DNA of 64,000 nt from positions 1,088,001-1,152,000 of the forward strand of contig CAVZJV010000014.1 in the NCBI GenBank assembly GCA_963775685.1, in the 5' to 3' direction. The position numbers and the translations under genes were made by a program. The notes below the pieces were generated by a model. It worked only from the letters and a program-made list of their open reading frames with translations, was not told the DNA's origin and ran no database searches. The DNA comes from Candidatus Bathyarchaeota archaeon (GTDB lineage Archaea > Thermoproteota > Bathyarchaeia > Bathyarchaeales > Bathycorpusculaceae). Position 1 is the stretch's first letter; every line of letters starts with the position of its first letter. This document shows positions 49,466 through 59,043 of this stretch, piece by piece.

Positions 49466-51841
49466 ATGTCAAAAGAGGAATCAAAAAAATTTTCTAGACG
49501 CAAATTTCTCAGAACAGGTGCTTTAGCAGGCGGCGCAGCAGTCTTAGGCTTAACAGTGGGATTACCAGCAATCGCCAACCTTGACAAAACAGGCAAACTA
49601 CGCCAACAACTAGGTGCGTTATACATTCCAACGGTAAGAGCATCGCCCACCTATGACCAAACAGGAGTTGACCCAAGAAAAGTTCCAAAATATGTCGAGC
49701 CAGTTCCAACCTTCGTAGGACTACGAGTTGACGCACAAAAACACCCAAACTTGTACATTAGCAATGCAGAGGTCCAGCAAAAAATTCTGCCGGCTAGTTT
49801 CTACGATACAGTCGGCGACGAAACACTCAAAAATGGAGCTTACGTGTGGGGGTACTCCGTAAACGACGGTCATGGAACATACGGACCGCTGTATCCAGCC
49901 TTCACAATAGAAGCCAAGCGTAATGGACCAGTCAGGGTATGTTATGCAAACACTCTAAACGACACAGTGCTCCAAAAATACCTTACCGTTGACCAAACAA
50001 TCCATTGGGCTAACCCCAACGGCATGATGTCGATGCAGCCATACTATGGAGGAGTACCAGTAGTTACCCACCTCCACGGCGCAGAAGTCACCTCCGAATC
50101 AGACGGGGGACCCGACGCATGGTTCCTGCCAGGATACACCAAAAAAGGACCAGCCTTCAATGAAGGCGTAGGTAAGACTTACACATACCCAAACACCCAA
50201 GAACCAACAACAATGTTCTACCACGACCATTGCCTAGGGGCAACACGCATAAACTTATACGCAGGATTAGTAGGCTTCTACTTCCTCAGAGACGAATTCG
50301 ACACTGGAAAACATGGTAAAGGACTAAACCTTCCGGCTGGACCTTACGAGATTGAACTAGCTATACAAGACAAAATGTTTGACACCAACGGACAGCTCCT
50401 CTACCCAGACGGCACAGGACAAAACTCAAGCTACTATACGGACCACCCCGAACTCGACGTTGACCCCGAGCCAGCAGGCTTAAACGGATCACCACCAAAC
50501 CCAGGCACTCATCCCTTCTGGAACCCAGAGTTCTTCGGAGACATAATGGTGGTAAACGGCAAATCGTGGCCCTTCCTTGACGTTGAACCACGCAGATACC
50601 GCTTCCGCCTCGTAGACGGATGTAACGCAAGATTCCTAAATATGCAGTTCGCAGATGCAGGCTTAAACCCGGTTTCCGTTCCTGTCTATGTGATCGGAAC
50701 TGACGGCGGATTACTTGACAAACCAATTTTAGTCAAGGACATATTCATGGCACCAGGTGAACGTTTAGATATAATCATTGATTTCGCAGCATTCAAGGGG
50801 CAATCACTTATTCTAACAAACGATGCAAACTCACCCTATCCAGATGGACTTGCAGTTGACTCCTTCACTAACGGACAAATCATGAAATTCAACGTAGGCA
50901 AATCAAAAGCAACAGACCACAGCTTTGATCCTGCAGCTCCACACGCATCGCTTAGAGGAAAAATGAATCAACCACCAAAAATCGTAAGGCTTGCAGATGG
51001 TATGGGAGATATAGCATCAGGCGTTAAAATTGACCAAAGACGAATGCTTGTGCTCAAAGAATTTTCACCCCCCGATGGCGACGGCCCTGAAGTTGTACTG
51101 GTAAACAATACTGGCTGGCTGGGAATACGCCCGACCGGAACAGATCCAATGACTGGTGACCCAATTCCAGACTTCACCAAAGTTGGACCAAACTACCTAT
51201 CTGAACTTCCAGCAGTCGGCTCCACTGAGCAATGGGATATAATAAACCTGACCATGGACGCACACCCCATCCACCTACACTTAGTGCAATTTCAATTGAT
51301 AAACAGACAATCTTTCAATCTTGGAATAAACCCAGACGACACTATTGATCCTGACGGATACTTTGCACTTTGGCAAAACAAATTTCCAGCAGGCACCTTT
51401 GGAGGCGTTGACTATCCAGGTGGTCAATTCATACCCAAGTACGGTCCGCCACTACCCTACTACGAAGAAAACGATGCCGGCGCTATAGGCGGAAACCCAG
51501 ATGTCACACCATTCCTGCTTGACGATCTAACTGGACCTGTTGACTGGGAAATCGGCTGGAAAGACACCTTCAAAATGTATCCGAACCAAGTAAGCAGAAT
51601 AATCGTTCGGTGGGCGCCACAAGACGTTGCACTCAAATCAGTGAAAGCAGGACAAAATAAATACAACTTTGACCCCACTAGCGGACCGGGCTATGTCTGG
51701 CATTGCCACATTGTTGACCATGAAGACAACGAAATGATGCGCCCCTACAAACCGCTAACACTTGCTCCACCATGCAAACACAGAGTTCCAAAGCCAAAAG
51801 CCCCAATTTTCTCAGTAAAACCAAAAAAACCTTGGCATTAA
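49466..51841 (+). CDS. Tat-exported multicopper oxidase (CotA/bilirubin oxidase/laccase family)
   Basis: SRRKFL twin-arginine signal; all four Cu motifs present: THLHG, YHDH, HPIHLH, WHCHIVDHEDNEMM (Met axial ligand). Confidence 0.93.
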   Translation: MSKEESKKFSRRKFLRTGALAGGAAVLGLTVGLPAIANLDKTGKLRQQLGALYIPTVRASPTYDQTGVDPRKVPKYVEPVPTFVGLRVDAQKHPNLYISNAEVQQKILPASFYDTVGDETLKNGAYVWGYSVNDGHGTYGPLYPAFTIEAKRNGPVRVCYANTLNDTVLQKYLTVDQTIHWANPNGMMSMQPYYGGVPVVTHLHGAEVTSESDGGPDAWFLPGYTKKGPAFNEGVGKTYTYPNTQEPTTMFYHDHCLGATRINLYAGLVGFYFLRDEFDTGKHGKGLNLPAGPYEIELAIQDKMFDTNGQLLYPDGTGQNSSYYTDHPELDVDPEPAGLNGSPPNPGTHPFWNPEFFGDIMVVNGKSWPFLDVEPRRYRFRLVDGCNARFLNMQFADAGLNPVSVPVYVIGTDGGLLDKPILVKDIFMAPGERLDIIIDFAAFKGQSLILTNDANSPYPDGLAVDSFTNGQIMKFNVGKSKATDHSFDPAAPHASLRGKMNQPPKIVRLADGMGDIASGVKIDQRRMLVLKEFSPPDGDGPEVVLVNNTGWLGIRPTGTDPMTGDPIPDFTKVGPNYLSELPAVGSTEQWDIINLTMDAHPIHLHLVQFQLINRQSFNLGINPDDTIDPDGYFALWQNKFPAGTFGGVDYPGGQFIPKYGPPLPYYEENDAGAIGGNPDVTPFLLDDLTGPVDWEIGWKDTFKMYPNQVSRIIVRWAPQDVALKSVKAGQNKYNFDPTSGPGYVWHCHIVDHEDNEMMRPYKPLTLAPPCKHRVPKPKAPIFSVKPKKPWH

Positions 51842-51851
51842 GACCGCCATT

Positions 51852-51869
51852 ATTCTTTTCTTTTTTTTT
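51852..51869 (+). terminator. T-tract terminator of the multicopper oxidase gene
   Basis: TTCTTTTCTTTTTTTTT about 11 nt after the stop. Confidence 0.65.
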
Positions 51870-52299
51870 AAATTTCAAAGGCTTTTCTATAACTAAATTG
51901 ATTTTGTTAAAAAAAGCAAGACTTATTCATGCCTAATTTCGACTTACGGTCAATTAAGGCATAGGTTTTTGAATGGAAAAAATGCAAAATAGGTAGTTAG
52001 AATACTCTAAAAGCTTTGGCTAAGAATAAAAGGTTTCGACATCCAAACATTGTAATGTGGTTGTCAGCAAGTCGCTGTTGCAGGGAAATTAATAACCCAC
52101 CTAAAAACAATAATCGCGAATCCTTATCCTCTTGGGATTATCACTTAGCAAACGAGACTACAGTTTTTAACTGTTTTTCTTGATAACGGTCGACGTTGAT
52201 TTAGCCTAATACAAAAACTTACCTTGAATTAATGGAAACCTAAGGTGTGGTCTAACTGCTTTTTGGACTCATAGTCTCAACATTAAACTCTGAATTAAC

Positions 52300-53196
52300 T
52301 TACCGTAGATATCTTTTACAGCTGGGACAATAACGCGCATCCTCATCAACTCTAGAATTACAGAAACGACAAGTAGAAAACGAAAACCACTTAGAGAGCA
52401 AAGATTGCGAACCAACACCACTACCAAGATTATTCTCGACCCTCTTCCCCACAAAAAGACTAACCTCAACCAACGCAAGCAAAGCTAAAAACAAATACAA
52501 ATCACCAATAGGCGTAGCACCAGGTGAAATCAACATTGCCGCAACCGCAAGACCCGCATAAATATACTTCCTATGCTTAGAAACAGACCGTGTATGCACC
52601 ACACCAAACTTAACTAAAACCACAAAAAACGCCGGAATAGTAAAAATAAACCCACTAATAAGGATCGTAAAGAAAACAGTATTATAAAAATCCATAATCG
52701 GAAACAACTCAACCGCATTCACAGCATTATAGAAAGGAACAAAACCCTCAATAAACGACGGCGCCAAAAAGAAAAACCCGAAAACCGCGCCAAACACAAA
52801 AAGAGCTGTTACAGCGGAAACAAACGGAAAAACCGCTTTTTTCTCATGCGGATACAAAGCCGGATCAACAAACTTGTAGGCCTCATAAGCAAACACCGGC
52901 AACGTTATGCCCACTGCGAAGACAACAGCCGCATACGCATAAAGCGTAATAGGATCAGACATAGAATTAGCAAAGAGCTGCATGCCATTGGGCAAAAACA
53001 CGTTAGCAATATAAACCAAAAGAACAGACATCAAGGGCTTATAGTTATTTGTAGTTGCAAAGAAATCAGAATTACCCGGAAGAATGAGCATAACAAAAAG
53101 CGCAACAACAAAAACCGCCAACACAATCTTCATACGCTTTATGAATTCAGTAACGTGACCCCAAAACCCTTCAAAGAAATTTTGTCCTTCAGGCAT
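52300..53196 (-). CDS. tatC: Tat translocase subunit TatC with C-terminal zinc ribbon
   Basis: FWGHVTEFIKR, YEAYKFVDPALYPHEKK, FTIP, ISPG; tail CRFC...YCPSC. Confidence 0.9.
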   Translation of the reverse strand: MPEGQNFFEGFWGHVTEFIKRMKIVLAVFVVALFVMLILPGNSDFFATTNNYKPLMSVLLVYIANVFLPNGMQLFANSMSDPITLYAYAAVVFAVGITLPVFAYEAYKFVDPALYPHEKKAVFPFVSAVTALFVFGAVFGFFFLAPSFIEGFVPFYNAVNAVELFPIMDFYNTVFFTILISGFIFTIPAFFVVLVKFGVVHTRSVSKHRKYIYAGLAVAAMLISPGATPIGDLYLFLALLALVEVSLFVGKRVENNLGSGVGSQSLLSKWFSFSTCRFCNSRVDEDARYCPSCKRYLR

Positions 53197-53377
53197 GTCA
53201 TGACGCTCAAGTTTCTTGTTTAAACTTTGTTAATTTTTTGTCTTCACTGCATATTTAATTGTGAAAAATAGAATCCCGATAAGGAGTTTAATGTTTTCAC
53301 TAAGCGAGCGCAACCAATGCTTTTTAAGGGATACTTCTATTTTTCTTGCCAAGAAAAAATAAAGGCTGCACAAGCCA

Positions 53378-53707
53378 TTATTCGGCGCCTAAAAGTTTAA
53401 CTTTAATGGATATTTCTTCAGATATTTGCTCTCGTGTTTTTCCTTCTGTCGGGATGCCTAGTTTTTGTGCAGTTTCTATTAACATTTCATCTTTGGTCTT
53501 TATCGCAGATGAAGAAGTAATTGGAGCCGCGGTAGTGACAGGTTGAGTATCAAGGTTTGCAGCGTTATTGAATTCTTTGGAAGCCTTTCTGAATTCCCCC
53601 TTAGCTTGCCCAAGGGCACGCGCAAATTGAGGGATCTTAGCTGGACCCCACATGATAATAACGATAGCAACAACACCGATAATAATCCATTCCCATCCTT
53701 CTAACAT
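53378..53707 (-). CDS. tatA: Tat translocase subunit TatA
   Basis: GWEWIII...WGPAKIPQFARALGQAKGEFRKA; archaeal tail AQKLGI.TEGKTREQI. Confidence 0.93.
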   Translation of the reverse strand: MLEGWEWIIIGVVAIVIIMWGPAKIPQFARALGQAKGEFRKASKEFNNAANLDTQPVTTAAPITSSSAIKTKDEMLIETAQKLGIPTEGKTREQISEEISIKVKLLGAE

Positions 53708-53938
53708 GTTTAGAATTCTCCACGATAGTTCTTTAGATTAATTATAGAATATCCGTTTTCTTAAATAGATTTGTTGGTGTATCATACCAACCACAACCGC
53801 TTACTCGTGTGTCTAAATAGATCATCTTTTTAACTCCAAATGTGGGCGTCAACCGAGAAGTAGATAAATACACGGTTGTCTTAATCTGTCAAATAAGCTA
53901 TTAAATTATTTCCAGCAAAAACTTTGGTGGTGTCATAG

Positions 53939-55153
53939 ACGAAATACATACTTATCATCGGAGATGGAATGGCCGATTATCCAATCCCAGAATTAGGCAA
54001 CAAAACCCCTCTCCAAGCAGCCCACAAGCCAAACATGGACGCCATATCCTCCCAAGGTAGAAGCGGTTTAATCAAAACCGTTCCTGACGAGTTAACACCA
54101 GGCTCCGATGCCGCCATATGCTCAGTTTTGGGCTACGATCCTATACGGTATTGCACAGGCAGAGGACCACTTGAAGCGCCTTCAAGAGGCATAAAACTCG
54201 GAAAAAACGATACAGCATACAGATGCAACCTCATAACAGAAAAAGACGGAGCCATCGCCGATTATTCTGCAGGACACATAACAACACATGAGGCATCACA
54301 GTTAATTGCAGCTTTAAAGAATGCATTCGAAAAACCAAACGAAATTGAGTTCTATGTAGGCTTAGACTACAGGCACTATTTGATATTGCGCAACTTTCCC
54401 AACCCCGAACAAATTCAATGCACTCCTCCACACGACGCCACAGGCATAAAAATCTCAGAAGTCATGCCTACAGCAAAAGTACCCCAGGCAGAAAAAGCAG
54501 CACAGATACTCAGGGATCTAATAAACGGTTCTAAACAAATCTTGAAGCCTCACCCAGTAAACGTTGCGAGACAAAGATCCGGCAAACGACCTGGAAACCT
54601 AATTTGGCTTTGGGGTGGCGGCAAAAAACCCTCAATGCCAACCCTCAAGGAAAAGTACGGAATAAAATCAGCCGTTATTTCAGCGGTTGATTTGGTAAAG
54701 GGAATCGGAACTTACGCGGGTATGGAAATTATCAACGTTGAGGGCGCCACGGGGTTGGGCAACACTAATTATGAGGGCAAAGCAGATGCTGCCTTAGAAG
54801 CACTCAAGGACAACGATTTGGTCTTTGTGCATGTTGAAGCACCAGATGAAGCAGGACATTGCCAGGATTATAGGTTGAAAGTAAAAACGATTGAAGATTT
54901 AGATAAACGGTTACTCGGCAGAATCCTCGATGGCTTAAACGAACCATGCACTATCGCAATTCTCCCCGACCATCCAACACCAATCAAAATAGGAACACAC
55001 ACGAGGGAACCTGTACCGTTCTCGATAACTTCACCGAATCTAAAGCCAGATGGTGTCAAAAAGTTTGACGAATTCTCAGCAAAGAAAGGCTCGTTCGGGT
55101 TAGTTGAGAAGGATTATCTTATTTCGCTCCTTCTTAATTCAGGCAAAGCTTAG
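53939..55153 (+). CDS. apgM: Cofactor-independent phosphoglycerate mutase (ApgM family); start codon reads ACG
   Basis: (M)KYILIIGDGMAD, KTPLQAA, PGSD, GRGPLEA, HVEAPDEAGH, PDHPTP, HTREPVP; GGTGGTG SD before ACG 53939. Confidence 0.9.
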   Translation, partial: TKYILIIGDGMADYPIPELGNKTPLQAAHKPNMDAISSQGRSGLIKTVPDELTPGSDAAICSVLGYDPIRYCTGRGPLEAPSRGIKLGKNDTAYRCNLITEKDGAIADYSAGHITTHEASQLIAALKNAFEKPNEIEFYVGLDYRHYLILRNFPNPEQIQCTPPHDATGIKISEVMPTAKVPQAEKAAQILRDLINGSKQILKPHPVNVARQRSGKRPGNLIWLWGGGKKPSMPTLKEKYGIKSAVISAVDLVKGIGTYAGMEIINVEGATGLGNTNYEGKADAALEALKDNDLVFVHVEAPDEAGHCQDYRLKVKTIEDLDKRLLGRILDGLNEPCTIAILPDHPTPIKIGTHTREPVPFSITSPNLKPDGVKKFDEFSAKKGSFGLVEKDYLISLLLNSGKA

Positions 55154-55161
55154 TTTTTGTC

Positions 55162-55491
55162 TTAGGCGGATGATTTTGGGCAATCCTGCTTTGAGTCGAT
55201 ATCTTTCATGCGTTTGTTTATGACTGTTCGAATTTCAGGGTCATATTCGCTTCGCCAAGCGTCGACTAAGAGTTTTTTTGCGATGCTGTGGCTTTTTTCT
55301 CCGAAGAGTTTAGCGAATTTGCTGCTGCGTTTTTCTAGTATACGGTAGTATCGAGGCAGCACGCAAACGAAGTTTAGAGGGTAGCGTTTTGATTTGTCTA
55401 GGTCGACAACGACTAGTTGGATACGGTTTGTTTGTTGACCGGGGTTTTTTATTACATAAAGTTTTAAGTTCATTTTTTCACCTTTCCCCAT
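55162..55491 (-). CDS. Small basic hypothetical protein
   Basis: 109-aa ORF with motif VVVDLDKSKRYPLNFVCVLP; AGGTGA SD precedes the internal ATG (MNLKL). Confidence 0.7.
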   Translation of the reverse strand: MGKGEKMNLKLYVIKNPGQQTNRIQLVVVDLDKSKRYPLNFVCVLPRYYRILEKRSSKFAKLFGEKSHSIAKKLLVDAWRSEYDPEIRTVINKRMKDIDSKQDCPKSSA

Positions 55492-56093
55492 GGCTAACTT
55501 GCCAATTATGTGTCAATTACAAGTTAAACTATCCATTATAACATCATATATTCCATGTAGCGTATTAAACTTTACCAAAAACCTACCCAAAACCCTAAAA
55601 ACCCAAACTCTCCGTTATAGGTAAAAAAAGCCTAATACTACAATAAACAGACAACGCAAACATCTATTTTTATGCGTAAAAGCATGTATGTTATTCTTGG
55701 AGAAGGTTACCCTTTTGAAGTGTTACCTTAAACTCTACCGCCTAGTATTTGGCAAATAGACCTCCAGACTTTTTAAGACCTGTTAAGACCACCCTGCAGA
55801 TGTCGAAGCCCTAAATCAAAAAATTAACTCAATTCAAGCCAGAAAAATTTCTGCAAAACAATATTTCTTTCTTATTGATTTAGACAATTATGAGTTTTTA
55901 GTAATAATATATGTTGCCCTTGTGTCCATCCGCTAATCATTAAAGACAAACTGAAATGTCGAAAAACCAGTAAGTATGATGAAAAACATTCCAGCTCTTT
56001 CTTCTGAAGATTGTTTCAAAAATCTGGCAAATTCGCTTTGTTTATGCTAAAGAGTTAAAGCAAACATTTAACGGTAAACTATGACAGAATAAT

Positions 56094-58986
56094 ATGCAAA
56101 CTCAAGCGTCTGATTCTGTCTTCGAGCTGCTTGCTAAACCAGTCTTCAAAGCCTTAGCAAAGTTCGGTTTCACATATTACCCACCTTGCCACAGACTTTG
56201 GCTTTCCCACCAATTCTGGAGGGCAAAAATGTTCTTTTGATTGCGCCAACTGGCACAGGAAAAACTGAAGCTGTTCTTTTACCTATTTTCTCTAAACTGG
56301 TCGAGCAGAAAAACCAAGACCGAAAAGGAATCCAAGTTATTTACATAACGCCGCTTAGAGCTCTTAACCGTGACATGTTTAAACGCTTAACCTTTTGGAG
56401 CCAGCAACTGGACATAACCATAGAGGTCCGCCATGGCGATACAGAGATGAAAATCCGCCGCAAACAAGCCCTAAAACCGCCACAAATGCTTGTCACCACA
56501 CCTGAAACCCTGCAGGCGATTTTGCCAGGCTCCCAAATGCGCCGACACCTCGGCAACGTTCAATGCATCGTTATCGATGAGGTACATGATTTGGCGGAAA
56601 GCAAACGCGGCGCACAATTGAGCATTGCGCTTGAACGAATGGTTGAGGCAACAGGCAAGGAGTTTCAACGCGTCGGTTTGTCCGCAACGGTTGGCAACCC
56701 CGAGGAAGTTGCACGTTTTGTCGTGGGAACTAACCGGGAGATATCTATTGTGCAGGCAGTTTTAGCTAAAAACTACCGTTACCGAGTAGAATACTTAACA
56801 CCAACCGAAAAAGACTACGAATTAGCCGCCAAACTTGAAACCGCACCTGAAGCAGCTGCAAGAATCCGCCGACTGATGGAACTAATCGACAGCCACAAAT
56901 CCACACTGGTTTTTGTGAACAGCCGCACCATCGTCGAACTCCTTGGACACAGATTTGACCAACTCAACCGCCAAGACATCGCCGTCCACCATGGCTCGCT
57001 TTCACGTGAAGAGCGAGTTGCCACTGAAGATGCCTTCAAATCGGGGCAACTTAAAGCAATCATCTGCACCAGCACACTTGAGTTGGGCATTGACATCGGT
57101 AACGTTGATTTAGTCATCCAGTACATGTCTCCAAGGCAGGTCAGCAGCCTAATCCAACGTGTGGGCAGAAGCGGACACAGCCTAGAGCGGCTCTCCGAAG
57201 GTGTAATCGTTACCGCTTACCCAGACGACACCTTGGAATCCATCGCGGCAGTCGCAAACGCCAAAGCCAACAAGATTGAACCAGTCATTTTCCACAAAAA
57301 TGCCCTGGATGTTTTGGCGCATCAAATTGCTGGAGTCCTCATGGACAAACAAACCATCACTCAAGAGGAACTCTTAGCTTTAATCCAACGGGCTTATCCA
57401 TACAGTACCCTAACTGAAGAAAAACTCCAAGACGTCGTGCAGTTTTTAGAAAGCATACACAAACTAAGAACCGAAGGGGAAGGGAAAGTTTTGAAAAAAA
57501 AAGGACGAACACGCGAATACTACTACAACAACCTATCCATGATACCCGACGAAAAACGCTATCCGGTAATCAACATAATTAGCGACCGAAAAATCGGCAC
57601 TTTAGGTGACGAATTCATGACCCTGCACGCTCGGGTGGGCTTGCATTTTGTTATGCGTGGGAAAGTTTGGCGCATCATCAACATTGAAGATGAAACGGGG
57701 ACGGTACATGTTTTGCCTGCGGAAGACCCTGCGGCGGCGATTCCAGGGTGGGATGGAGAAATTTTGCCTGTGCCATTTGGTTTAGCGCAGCAAACCGGTG
57801 TCATGCGGGAAAAAGTAGGTAGTTTGCTTAGGCAGCGTAAGAAGCCTGAGGCAGCGACAGAAGAGTTAGCCTTGGAATTGAAGACTGACAAAGAAACACT
57901 TGTTGACACTGCTTTGGAGATTGATGAGCACCTAAAGGAGGGCACACCATTGCCCACGCAGAACCGAATAGTTATAGAAGCGTTGGATCGCTACATTGTT
58001 GTTCATGCATGTTTTGGCGAGTTGGTTAACCGTACGTTTGGTGGGATTTTTGATTCGGTGCTCTCGGACCCGGAAGCCATTACGGGCTGGTGGACGGATG
58101 GCTACCGCATCCTAATCGAAACTTCCCATAAGCCTTCGCGCCAAGAAGTTGAGGGTTTGCAGAAAGAGCTATTAGATTTATCTGATGAGCGCGTGGATGA
58201 GGCTTTTCTTAATTACGTGAACTCCAAATTCCCATTTGTTTCCCGAATGAAAGCCATCGCAGAACGCTTCGGCGCTTTGCCACGAGGAAAAACCTTAGCC
58301 CACTCGGACCGGGCAGAAAAACTCAAAGCTGCCTTCGAAGGCACGCCCATTTACGATGAGACACTGCGGGAAGCCATGATGGATAAAGTGGACCTGCTGC
58401 AGGTAAAGCTGATATTGCATGACATAAGAGACGGAAAAATAACTGTTACAACCGTTACTCGCCAGAAACCTTCGCCACTGGCATATCACATTTTGGCGCA
58501 GTACGCTGACACCGCCGAACTCATGGCGCCTGAACGGTTACTTTTAACAAACATTGACCGCATGAAACGCTCCATCGACGCCAGAACCGCAAAACTTCTC
58601 TGCATGAACTGTGGCGCATGGACCAAACAGGCCCGCATAAAAGATTTAGCTGAGGAGCCTGAATGCGAAAACTGCCGCTCCCGTCTCTTAACGCTGCTGT
58701 ATTTCAGTCAAAATGCGGATAAGCTGGTGGAGGATTTGCGGAAGCGTCGAGAAGGCAAAGATCTAACGCCTGAGGAGCTCAAGGATCTTAGCAATGCCAG
58801 ACGTAAGGCGGATTTGATTTTGAGCTACGGGAAGCAAGCGGTGCGTGCGTTGCAGGTGAAAGGGGTTGGTCCAGAAACTGCTTCGCGAATTTTGGGGCGC
58901 ATGCACCCTAAAGAAGATAACTCTACATGGATTTGCTTAAAGCGAAGGTTCAGTATTTGCGGACAAGAGAATTCTGGGATAAATAG
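56094..58986 (+). CDS. Lhr-like ATP-dependent DEAD/H helicase (frameshifts near 56175 and 58920)
   Basis: APTGTGKT, DEVH, SAT, HHGSLS, QRVGRSGH, CxxC...CxxC; N-terminus MQTQASDSVFELLAKPV and C-terminus LYMDLLKAKVQYLRTREFWDK lie in shifted frames. Confidence 0.9.
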
Positions 58987-59043
58987 CAAATTAGTTGGAA
59001 CTTAAAAAAAGAAGAAAGGGAAGATTGATTTTTGGTGTGTGGT

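Noticed and set aside
53930-53941. Pyrrolysine/amber read-through at the TAG just before apgM
   Set aside because: SD spacing fits initiation at the ACG position, and no pyl genes or other in-frame ambers were seen in the window
55500-56090. Short repeats in the gap before lhr (AAGGTTAC/GTTACCTT at 55703-55729; TTAAGACC twice) as a replication origin or ncRNA
   Set aside because: No ORB-like G-string boxes, no adjacent cdc6/orc1, and the repeats are too short to be significant
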